Below, one piece after another: positions 16,971 to 26,149 of a stretch of DNA of 64,000 bases. The DNA comes from an uncultured Pseudomonadota bacterium (lineage in GTDB: Bacteria > Myxococcota_A > Polyangia > Fen-1088), in the NCBI GenBank assembly GCA_963847705.1, contig CAWKBC010000030.1, positions 384,001 to 448,000 on the forward strand, read 5' to 3'. Made by a program: the position numbers and the translations under genes. The notes below the pieces were generated by a model that ran no database searches, was not told where the DNA came from, and was given only the letters and a program-made list of their open reading frames with translations. Position 1 is the stretch's first letter. Every line of letters begins with the position of its first letter.

Positions 16971-17957
16971 TCAGGACTCTAACGCCCGCACACGGGCCAC
17001 GTCTGCAGTGATCTGCGCGATCAGCGCATCGATCGACTCGAAGCGTTGCTCGTCGCGCAGGCGGTCGAGGATCTCCAGGCGCACGCGACGCTCGTAGAGA
17101 TCGCCGTCGAAGTCGAGCAGGTGGGCCTCGACGGTCACCGGCGCCCCGCTGCCTGCACCGGTGAAGGTCGGATTTCGGCCGATGCTGAGCGCCGTCTGAT
17201 GCACGGCGCCAGCCTCCGGGCCGTCGAGGAGCCTGGTCCGCGCCGCGTAAATCCCCAGCTTCGGCACCAGCTCCCCTTCGGGGACGACGTTGGCGGTCGG
17301 GAAGCCCAGCGCCCGGCCGCGCGCGGCGCCACGCACGACACGCCCCTCGAGCTCCACCGGACGGGAGAGCAGCGCGGCGGCCCCCCGGACCTCCCCCTCC
17401 GCGCACAGCTCGCGCACCCGCGTCGACGAACAGGGGATCCCGTCGATGGTGACGGGCGGAATCACCGCCACCCCCAGGCCGAGCTCGGCGCCGAGCGCCG
17501 TCAACCGGGCGACGTTCCCGGCGCGGCCGCGCCCGAAGCTGAAATCGTAGCCGACCACCAGATCGCCGGCGGCAAGATCCTGCGCGAGCACCCGGCGAAC
17601 GAATTCGTCGGCCTCCACGGCCGCGAAGGCGGGGGTGAACGCCTCGACGATGGCGACGTCGATCCCCGCCTCCGCGAAGAGCTCCAGGCGGCGCTCGAGC
17701 GACATGATGAGCGGCGGTGCCTTGGTGGGCGCGAACAGGCGCGCGGGGTGAGGCGCGAAGGTCAGCACCGCCGAAGGTCCCCCCCGGCGCCGGGCGCGGG
17801 CCCGCGCCTCGTCCAGCAGCGCCTGGTGCCCGCGGTGCACGCCGTCGAAATTGCCGATGGCCACCGCCATCGGGGCCGTCGCCGAACGGGCCGCTCCACG
17901 GATGACCTCGGCGGCGCGTGCGACGGCGAAGGCGGCCGCGCCGGGGAGGATCTTCAC
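16971..17957 (-). CDS. ribF: Bifunctional riboflavin kinase/FAD synthetase
   Basis: IGNFDGVHRGH, TFAPHP, VGYDFSFG, SSTRVR, GRALGFPTAN, RNPTF, EAHLLDF. Confidence 0.96.
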   Translation of the reverse strand: MKILPGAAAFAVARAAEVIRGAARSATAPMAVAIGNFDGVHRGHQALLDEARARARRRGGPSAVLTFAPHPARLFAPTKAPPLIMSLERRLELFAEAGIDVAIVEAFTPAFAAVEADEFVRRVLAQDLAAGDLVVGYDFSFGRGRAGNVARLTALGAELGLGVAVIPPVTIDGIPCSSTRVRELCAEGEVRGAAALLSRPVELEGRVVRGAARGRALGFPTANVVPEGELVPKLGIYAARTRLLDGPEAGAVHQTALSIGRNPTFTGAGSGAPVTVEAHLLDFDGDLYERRVRLEILDRLRDEQRFESIDALIAQITADVARVRALES

Positions 17958-18337
17958 GGCCCCTCGCCCGGGCGCGAGGGAAGCATCGTGCTCACCAGGT
18001 CGATGAGCATCTCCAGCTCGAACGGCTTCTCCAGGATCCTCGCGTGCGTCACCCCCAGCGCGGCGCGGCGGTTGCGCGGGACGCCGGTCATCAGCGCCAC
18101 CGGTGCGTCGGGGAAGATGGCGGCCAGCTCGGCGGGCAGCCGATCGGGACCGGCCGAGCCCGCCACCATCAGATCGCTGAGCACGGCCGCCGGGCGATTC
18201 CCTTCCGCGACCCAGATCTGCGCGGCGCGCACGTCGCGGACCAGCGCGGGCGCATGGCCGGCCTCGCGCAACACCTGGGCCACGAGGCCTCCGATATGAA
18301 CGTCGTCTTCGATGATGAGGATGACTGCGCCGGACAT
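17954..18337 (-). CDS. Single-domain response regulator receiver
   Basis: ILIIEDD, VLSDL (phosphoacceptor), LMTG, EKPF; GTGA overlap with ribF. Confidence 0.8.
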   Translation of the reverse strand: MSGAVILIIEDDVHIGGLVAQVLREAGHAPALVRDVRAAQIWVAEGNRPAAVLSDLMVAGSAGPDRLPAELAAIFPDAPVALMTGVPRNRRAALGVTHARILEKPFELEMLIDLVSTMLPSRPGEGP

Positions 18338-18342
18338 TTTAA

Positions 18343-18415
18343 CGGGAACCCTCAAAGGGTTCCCGCGCCCTCCCAAGGCAAAGACGAAGACGGGCTTCGC
18401 CGAGCAGAGCTCGGC
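18343..18415 (+). repeat. Palindromic intergenic repeat, family A copy 3
   Basis: CGGGAACCCT-CAA-AGGGTTCCCG-CGCCCTCCC plus GCCGAGC-AGA-GCTCGGC hairpin. Confidence 0.7.
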
Positions 18416-18446
18416 TCCGCTCCACGCGTTTCGCCTTCGGTTGTGA

Positions 18447-20261
<1,815 letters not shown>

Positions 20262-20356
20262 AAAAGTCCGGGTAATTTCGAGTGGTTACGTCTTAGACGC
20301 ACCGCCGGGCGTGTCTGTGTGTGCGGGTATGTGCAATTCGTGTACCAGAATGCCCA

Positions 20357-20385
20357 TTGACGCTTGTCGGTGACGACCTATAGGT
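20357..20385 (+). promoter_or_regulatory. Putative sigma70 promoter of the rpoN operon
   Basis: TTGACG-N16-TATAGGT in a locally AT-richer gap. Confidence 0.4.
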
Positions 20386-20406
20386 GTAAAAACGATCGGG
20401 AGCGGA

Positions 20407-21900
20407 ATGGCCATCGAGATTAAGCAGCACCTCAAGCTTCAGCAGCAGCTGGTGATGACGCCCCAGCTGCAGCAGGCGATCAAGCTGTTGCAGCTTTCCC
20501 GTATGGAGCTGGCCGACACCATCCGGGACGAGATCCTCGAGAACCCGATCCTCGAGGACGCCGTCGACACCGCCAGCGAGGAGCCGAATGGGAAGACCGC
20601 CGAGGCGGCCGACGGCGCCGACGTCGAGCACGTGGGCGAGACCGAGACGCCGGTGATCGAGATCCGCGAGGACAAGATCGACACCACCGCCGAGGTGAAG
20701 GCGGACAGCAACTCGAACGACGCGGTCAACGACTTCGACTGGGAGGGCTACCTGGACAACCAGGCGGCGGCCGCGCCGATGCCCTCCTACAAGTCGAACA
20801 ACGAGGACCTGCCGTCGCTCGAGTCGACGCTGACCCGGGGGACGTCGCTCTTCGACCACCTCGAGTGGCAGTTGAAGCTCAGTCCGTTCTCGCACGAAGA
20901 GGATGGGATCGGGATGCTGATCATCGGCAACCTGACCCCCGACGGTTATCTCGAGGAGCCGCTCGGCGATCTGGCCGAAGAGGCGTCCGTCAGCCTGGAG
21001 GTCGCCGAGTCCGTGCTGAAGCGGATCCAGGAGTTCGACCCGATCGGCGTCGGCGCCCGCTCGCTGGGAGAGTGCCTGCTGATCCAGGCGCGCCACATCG
21101 GCGCGGACGACGAGGTGGTGGTCGGGATCATCGAGAAGCACCTCTCGAACCTGGAGAAGAAGAACTACCAGGCGATCGCCAAGGACCTGGGCCAGCCGGT
21201 CGACGAGATCTACGAGGCGGCCAAGGTGGTCAAGGGCTTCGACCCCAAGCCGGGGCGGCAGTACACCTCCGAGGAGCCGACCTACATCACCCCGGACGTC
21301 TACGTCCACAAGATCGGCGACAAGTACTTCGTGGTCGCCAACGACGACGGGCTCCCCAAGCTGAAGATCTCCGACTTCTACCGGACGGCGCTGGCGGGGG
21401 GACCGAAGGCGCGCGAGTACATTCAGGAGAAGCTGCGCAGCGCGCAGTGGTTGATCCGCTCCATCCAGCAGCGGCAGCGGACCATCGGCCGCGTCACCGA
21501 GTCGATCCTCAAGTTCCAGCGTGAGTTCTTCGACAAGGGGACGGCCCACCTCAAGCCGCTCATCCTGCGCGACGTGGCCGAGGACATCGGCATGCACGAG
21601 TCGACGGTCTCGCGGGTGACCACCAACAAGTACGTCCACACGCCCCAGGGCATCTATGAACTTAAGTACTTTTTCAACTCGGGGATCTCGCGAACCGACG
21701 GTGACGACCTGGCCTCCGAGGCGGTCAAGCTGAAGATCAAGCAGATCATCGGCTCGGAGAGTCCGAAAAACCCGCATTCGGACCAGCGCATCGTCGAGCT
21801 GCTCAAGGATCAGAACATCGAAATCGCCCGCCGGACCGTGGCGAAGTACCGCGAGCAACTTCGCATCTTGTCGAGCTCGAAACGGCGCCAAGTTTTCTAG
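20407..21900 (+). CDS. rpoN: RNA polymerase sigma-54 factor
   Basis: QQQLVMTPQLQQAIKLLQL region I, HESTVSR, RpoN box ARRTVAKYR. Confidence 0.97.
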   Translation: MAIEIKQHLKLQQQLVMTPQLQQAIKLLQLSRMELADTIRDEILENPILEDAVDTASEEPNGKTAEAADGADVEHVGETETPVIEIREDKIDTTAEVKADSNSNDAVNDFDWEGYLDNQAAAAPMPSYKSNNEDLPSLESTLTRGTSLFDHLEWQLKLSPFSHEEDGIGMLIIGNLTPDGYLEEPLGDLAEEASVSLEVAESVLKRIQEFDPIGVGARSLGECLLIQARHIGADDEVVVGIIEKHLSNLEKKNYQAIAKDLGQPVDEIYEAAKVVKGFDPKPGRQYTSEEPTYITPDVYVHKIGDKYFVVANDDGLPKLKISDFYRTALAGGPKAREYIQEKLRSAQWLIRSIQQRQRTIGRVTESILKFQREFFDKGTAHLKPLILRDVAEDIGMHESTVSRVTTNKYVHTPQGIYELKYFFNSGISRTDGDDLASEAVKLKIKQIIGSESPKNPHSDQRIVELLKDQNIEIARRTVAKYREQLRILSSSKRRQVF

Positions 21901-21976
21901 AGCAGCGACTCGCGCTCAATTCCTTACACCCGACGGGGAAATGGGGTAGAACGCGCGTCGCAGACAGGAGCGCCAG

Positions 21977-22600
21977 ATGCAGCTGTCGACGACGTTTCGG
22001 CATATGGATGGTTCGCAAGCCGTGCGGGAGTACACGGCCGAGCGATTGGACAAGATCAAGAAATACTTCCACAAGGGGCCGATCTCGGCCCATGCCGTCT
22101 TCTCGGTGGAGCGAGGGTTCCACCACGTTGCCGATCTGAGCATCACGCTCCCGAACGGCATCGCCATCAACGCCAAGGAGACGACCGAGGACATGTACTC
22201 CTCGATCGATCTCGCTGCCGCCCGCATCGAGCGGCAAGTGCGCAAATGGAAGGAGAAGATTCGCGACCACAAGCCGCACGGCGGTCCCGCCGGGACGGTG
22301 CGCGAGCTGGTCATCCTGGCCGAGGAGATCGAGCCCCGACCGGCCACCGAGCCACCGGAGGCGGCCTCGGCCGTCGCGCCGGGGGGGTACAAAATCATTA
22401 AAGATGAGCGCGTGACCGCCCGATCCATGACGGTCGAGGACGCGGCCATGCAGATGAACCTGCTCGGTGACGAGCACCTGATCTTCACCGACGCGGGGAC
22501 GGGCTCCACCTCCGTCCTCTACCGCCGGCGGGACGGCAACTACGGCCTCATCGAGACCGCCCAGAGTGAGTCGCTGACCGGGGGCAAAGCGCCGCGCTGA
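21977..22600 (+). CDS. hpf: Ribosome hibernation promoting factor (long HPF)
   Basis: DMYSSIDLAAARIERQVRKWKEK; C-terminal MTVEDAAMQM...VLYRRRDGNYGLIE. Confidence 0.92.
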   Translation: MQLSTTFRHMDGSQAVREYTAERLDKIKKYFHKGPISAHAVFSVERGFHHVADLSITLPNGIAINAKETTEDMYSSIDLAAARIERQVRKWKEKIRDHKPHGGPAGTVRELVILAEEIEPRPATEPPEAASAVAPGGYKIIKDERVTARSMTVEDAAMQMNLLGDEHLIFTDAGTGSTSVLYRRRDGNYGLIETAQSESLTGGKAPR

Positions 22601-22619
22601 CCGGGCGTCGCCAGGAGCC

Positions 22620-23081
22620 ATGCGAGTCATCGACTTTCTCCAGCCGAACTGCATCGTCGCCCGCCTGGGGGCGACCACCAAGCTGGGCGTGCTGGCGGAG
22701 TTGTCGGAGCAGCTGTCCAAGGCGGTCCCCGGCGTCGAGGCCGGGGCGCTGCGGCGCGTGCTCGAGGAGCGCGAGATGCTCGCCTCCACGGCGATCGGCG
22801 ACGGGATCGCCATCCCGCACGGCAAGCTGGACTCGGTCGGGCACCTGGTCGGCGCGCTCGGCCGTGCCGTCGAAGGAATCGAGTTCGAATCAATCGACGG
22901 CAAACCGACCAACCTGGTCTTCATGCTGGTGGCCCCGGCCAGCTCGACGGGCGTCCACCTCAAGGCGCTGGCGCGCCTCTCCCGGCTGTTTCGGGACGCC
23001 GACTTTCGCCAGCGCCTCCTCGCCGCCCCTTCGAGCGAGGCGATGTACCAGGTCATCGCCGAAGAAGACGCGAAATACTAA
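22620..23081 (+). CDS. ptsN: PTS EIIA (Ntr/fructose-mannitol family)
   Basis: REMLASTAIGDGIAIPHG, FESIDGKP, HLKALARLSRL. Confidence 0.9.
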   Translation: MRVIDFLQPNCIVARLGATTKLGVLAELSEQLSKAVPGVEAGALRRVLEEREMLASTAIGDGIAIPHGKLDSVGHLVGALGRAVEGIEFESIDGKPTNLVFMLVAPASSTGVHLKALARLSRLFRDADFRQRLLAAPSSEAMYQVIAEEDAKY

Positions 23082-23229
23082 CGCGCCTTCGGCGCTCGCA
23101 GGGGGGACCTCGTCCCCCCTACGGGACCCCCCTGCTCAGGTCGGCGCCGGCGTGGCGAAGCCACGCCTCCTGTTGCTTGGACCCGCTCGCGATGCTCGCT
23201 CCGGCACCTCTGATCCCCTTCGCCTCTCA

Positions 23230-23268
23230 TCCCCTCTCCCGCTTGCGGGAGAGGGTTAGGGTGAGGGC
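23230..23268 (+). repeat. REP-like palindrome, family C copy 1
   Basis: CCCTCTCCCGC-TT-GCGGGAGAGGG-TTAGGGTGAGGGC; further hairpins at 23098-23168. Confidence 0.7.
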
Positions 23269-23389
23269 AAGCCTTGCGCCGGGCGTGGCTCGTCAGCGTA
23301 GAGGGTGAGGGCAAGCCTTGCGACGGGCGTGGCTCGTCAGCGTACAGGGTGAGGGCAAGCCTTGCGACGGCCGGGCCCCGTCAGCGTAT
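23258..23389 (+). repeat. 44-bp tandem repeat, 3 copies
   Basis: AGGGTGAGGGCAAGCCTTGCG(C/A)CGGGCGTGGCTCGTCAGCGTA(G/C/T) starting at 23258, 23302 and 23346; third copy more diverged. Confidence 0.9.
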
Positions 23390-23398
23390 GATGGGCGG

Positions 23399-24361
23399 GT
23401 GACGCCGGCGCTGACGGTACGGTCGCTGCTCGAGGAGGGGGCGAGCCTGCATTTGACGCTGGTGGCGGGGGAGGCGGGCCTGGGCCGGCAGATCACCATT
23501 CACCGCATCCAGAAGCCGGGGCTGGCGCTGGCTGGTTACGTGCTGCAGGTCCACCCTGAGCGGGTGCAGGTTCTGGGCGCGACGGAGATCTCGTACCTGG
23601 AGACGCTGGGCGACGAGGCGGCGCGGAAGTCGGTCCAGGCCTTCTTCAGCCTGAACCCAGCCTGCGTGGTGGTGACCAAGGGGCTGGAGGCGAACGCGCT
23701 GCTGCGAGAGACCGCCGATCGGCTGGGGGTCCCGCTGCTGCGGACGCCGCTCGTCTCCTCGGTGGCGATCGAGCAGATTCAGAAGTACCTCGAGCTGCAG
23801 CTGGCGCCCACCGCCAGCATCCACGCCGTCCTGATGGACGTGCTCGGCATCGGCGTCCTCTTGCTGGGCAAGAGCGGCATCGGCAAGTCGGAGGCGGCGC
23901 TCGACCTCATCATGCGCGGCCACCGGCTGGTGGCGGACGATCTCGTCGAGGTGCGCCGCACCTCGGGCAATCTGCTGGTCGGGTGGGCCTCGGAGCTGAT
24001 CAAGCACCACATGGAGGTGCGCGGCCTCGGCATCATCAACATCAAGGACATGTTCGGCGTGGCGGCCGTGCGCGACGAGAAGCGGATCGAGCTGGTGCTG
24101 GAGCTGATTCGCTGGGACCAGAGCGAGACCCACGATCGCCTCGGGCTCGACGAGATGGTCTATCCCATCCTGGAGGTGCAGGTGCCGCTCCTGCGCATCC
24201 CGGTCAGCCCCGGGCGCAACGTGAGCTCGCTCATCGAGGTGGCCGCCCGCAATCGCCTGCTGCAGGTGCGCGGCCACCATTCGGCGCGCGAGTTTCAAGA
24301 GCGGCTCGATCGCGCGCTGGCCGACGCCCGCGAGCGGCGCTGGCGGGACGACGTCGAATGA
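23399..24361 (+). CDS. hprK: HPr kinase/phosphorylase
   Basis: IQKPGLALAG, GKSGIGKSE Walker A, HRLVADD, MEVRGLGII, PGRN; GTG start 6 nt after TATGAT. Confidence 0.95.
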   Translation: MTPALTVRSLLEEGASLHLTLVAGEAGLGRQITIHRIQKPGLALAGYVLQVHPERVQVLGATEISYLETLGDEAARKSVQAFFSLNPACVVVTKGLEANALLRETADRLGVPLLRTPLVSSVAIEQIQKYLELQLAPTASIHAVLMDVLGIGVLLLGKSGIGKSEAALDLIMRGHRLVADDLVEVRRTSGNLLVGWASELIKHHMEVRGLGIINIKDMFGVAAVRDEKRIELVLELIRWDQSETHDRLGLDEMVYPILEVQVPLLRIPVSPGRNVSSLIEVAARNRLLQVRGHHSAREFQERLDRALADARERRWRDDVE

Positions 24362-25209
24362 GGCTGGTGGTGGTCACCGGGGTGTCAGGGGCCGGGAAGT
24401 CGACGGCGCTGCGCGCGCTCGAGGATCTGGGCTTCTACGCCGTCGATAACCTGCCGTTGCCGCTGGTGCCGCAGTTCATCGAGCTCTTCGGCAGCCGGAC
24501 CGACATCGATCGCGCGGCGCTGGGGCTGGACGCGCGGGGCGGCAGCTTCCTGGTGGGCGTCTCCTCGGTGTTCGCGCACCTGCGCCAGGCGGGGCACACC
24601 GTGGAGGTGCTCTTCCTGGAGGCCTCCGACGAGATCCTGATCCGGCGCTTTTCTGAGACCCGGCGGCGGCACCCGCTGTCGGACACCGACATCCGGGCCG
24701 GCATCGCGGCCGAGCGCAAGGCGCTGGCCGATCTGCGCCGCGAGACCGACGCCCTGGTCGACACGGGCGGGCTGACGGTGCACGTGCTGCGGGCGCTGAT
24801 TCAGGAACGCTACGGCCGCGGCGAGGGCGAGCTCTCGGTCACACTGCTGTCGTTCGGGTTCAAGCACGGCATCCCGGCCGAGGCGGACATCGTCTTCGAC
24901 GTTCGCTTCCTGCCCAACCCCTTCTTCGTGCCCGATCTCTCGGCGCTGTCGGGCGAGGACGAGTCGGTGGCCCGCTTCGTCCTCGACGACCCGGCAGCCA
25001 AGAGCTACGTCGAGGAGGCGGAGAGGTTCCTCCGGCTGTCGGTCCAGGGGTTCCTGCGCGAGGGAAAGTCGTATGCCACCGTGGCCATCGGGTGCACCGG
25101 CGGACGTCACCGCTCGGTCACCATCGCCAAGGAGCTGGCGCGGCGAATGGCCGGGTCATTTTCGATCTCGGTTCGCCACCGCGACATCCAGCGCGGCAGC
25201 TCGGCCTGA
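24358..25209 (+). CDS. rapZ: RapZ/YvcJ P-loop nucleotide-binding protein
   Basis: VTGVSGAGKS, VDNLP, RRFSETRRRHPL, SFGFKHG, FDVRFLPNP, GCTGGRHRSV; ATGA overlap with hprK. Confidence 0.94.
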   Translation: MRLVVVTGVSGAGKSTALRALEDLGFYAVDNLPLPLVPQFIELFGSRTDIDRAALGLDARGGSFLVGVSSVFAHLRQAGHTVEVLFLEASDEILIRRFSETRRRHPLSDTDIRAGIAAERKALADLRRETDALVDTGGLTVHVLRALIQERYGRGEGELSVTLLSFGFKHGIPAEADIVFDVRFLPNPFFVPDLSALSGEDESVARFVLDDPAAKSYVEEAERFLRLSVQGFLREGKSYATVAIGCTGGRHRSVTIAKELARRMAGSFSISVRHRDIQRGSSA

Positions 25210-25254
25210 TCTCGGCCCGATCTCGGCCCGATCTCGGCCCCGATCTCGGCCCGA
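25200..25254 (+). repeat. 11-12 bp tandem repeat (GATCTCGGCCC) x4-5
   Basis: Starts at the rapZ stop: TCGGCCTGA TCTCGGCCCGA TCTCGGCCCGA TCTCGGCCCCGA TCTCGGCCCGA. Confidence 0.85.
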
Positions 25255-25335
25255 ATGTCAGCTGTCCGGGCGGTTTGAGGAGACCGAGCAGTCTGCGCGG
25301 CGCCGGCAGCGTGAGATGGTACACTGCAAGGCCCA

Positions 25336-25794
25336 ATGGCCGTCGCGCTCGACAATGGGGCCCTGGTGGGGCTCGTCATCGTCACCCATGGTGGCAGCGG
25401 CGAATGCCTGCTCGCTGCCGCCGAGGGGCTGGTGGGACCCCTGGCGGCGTCGGCGGCCGTTTCGGTCTCCCTCTCCGATCCGTTCGAGGAGATCGTCCGG
25501 CGGGTCGGGCAGGCCTGCGACATGGTCGATGCGGGCGCGGGCCTGGTCATCCTGACCGACGTGCACGGCTCGTCGCCGTTTCGGGCCTGCCTGATGATGC
25601 TCGACGGCACTCGGCCGGTCGAGATCGTGTGCGGTATAAATCTCCCCATGCTGATCAAAGTGGCTACAGTCGATCGTCGCGGCCAACGTCCAGTCGAGGT
25701 CGCGGAGATCATCAAAGAAGTCGGCAAACGATCGATCCGTCTCGGCTCCGAGCTGGCGGGAAAGATCGGGCAGCCGCGGGAAGAGCGTCACTAA
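25336..25794 (+). CDS. PTS EIIA, mannose/fructose family
   Basis: VGLVIVTHG phospho-His, LILTDVHGSSP-like motif, GINLPMLIK. Confidence 0.88.
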   Translation: MAVALDNGALVGLVIVTHGGSGECLLAAAEGLVGPLAASAAVSVSLSDPFEEIVRRVGQACDMVDAGAGLVILTDVHGSSPFRACLMMLDGTRPVEIVCGINLPMLIKVATVDRRGQRPVEVAEIIKEVGKRSIRLGSELAGKIGQPREERH

Positions 25795-25797
25795 ACG

Positions 25798-26079
25798 ATG
25801 TCGCGCGCCGAACGTGATGTGCAAGTGAGGAACCGCCTGGGCATGCACGCCCGCGCCGCCGTGCGCTTCGTGCAGAGCGCCAACGGATTCAAGAGCGAGG
25901 TCAAGGTCATCAAGGACGGGACCGAGGCCAACGGCAAGAGCATCATGGGCCTCCTCACCCTGGTGGCCGCCCACGGGGTCAGCATGAAGGTCGTCTGTGA
26001 GGGGGACGACGCCGAGGCTGCCGTCGCCGCCTTGGCCGATCTCGTCGCCAGTGGTTTTGGCGAAGGGATCGATCCTTGA
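25798..26079 (+). CDS. ptsH: Phosphocarrier protein HPr
   Basis: NRLGMHARAA (His15) and NGKSIMGLLTL (Ser46). Confidence 0.94.
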   Translation: MSRAERDVQVRNRLGMHARAAVRFVQSANGFKSEVKVIKDGTEANGKSIMGLLTLVAAHGVSMKVVCEGDDAEAAVAALADLVASGFGEGIDP

Positions 26080-26149
26080 GAGCTGCCTTGAGAGCTGCCT
26101 TGCGAGCTGCCTTGAGGGAGTTGCCTTGATGGAGCTGCCCTGATGGAGC
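26074..26149 (+). repeat. Degenerate 12-14 bp tandem repeat x6 spanning the ptsH stop to the ptsI start
   Basis: CCTTGAGAGCTG x2, CCTTGCGAGCTG, CCTTGAGGGAGTTG, CCTTGATGGAGCTG, CCCTGATGGAGC. Confidence 0.85.

Noticed and set aside
23258-23389. 44-bp repeats as a CRISPR array
   Set aside because: Units are directly adjacent with no unique spacers
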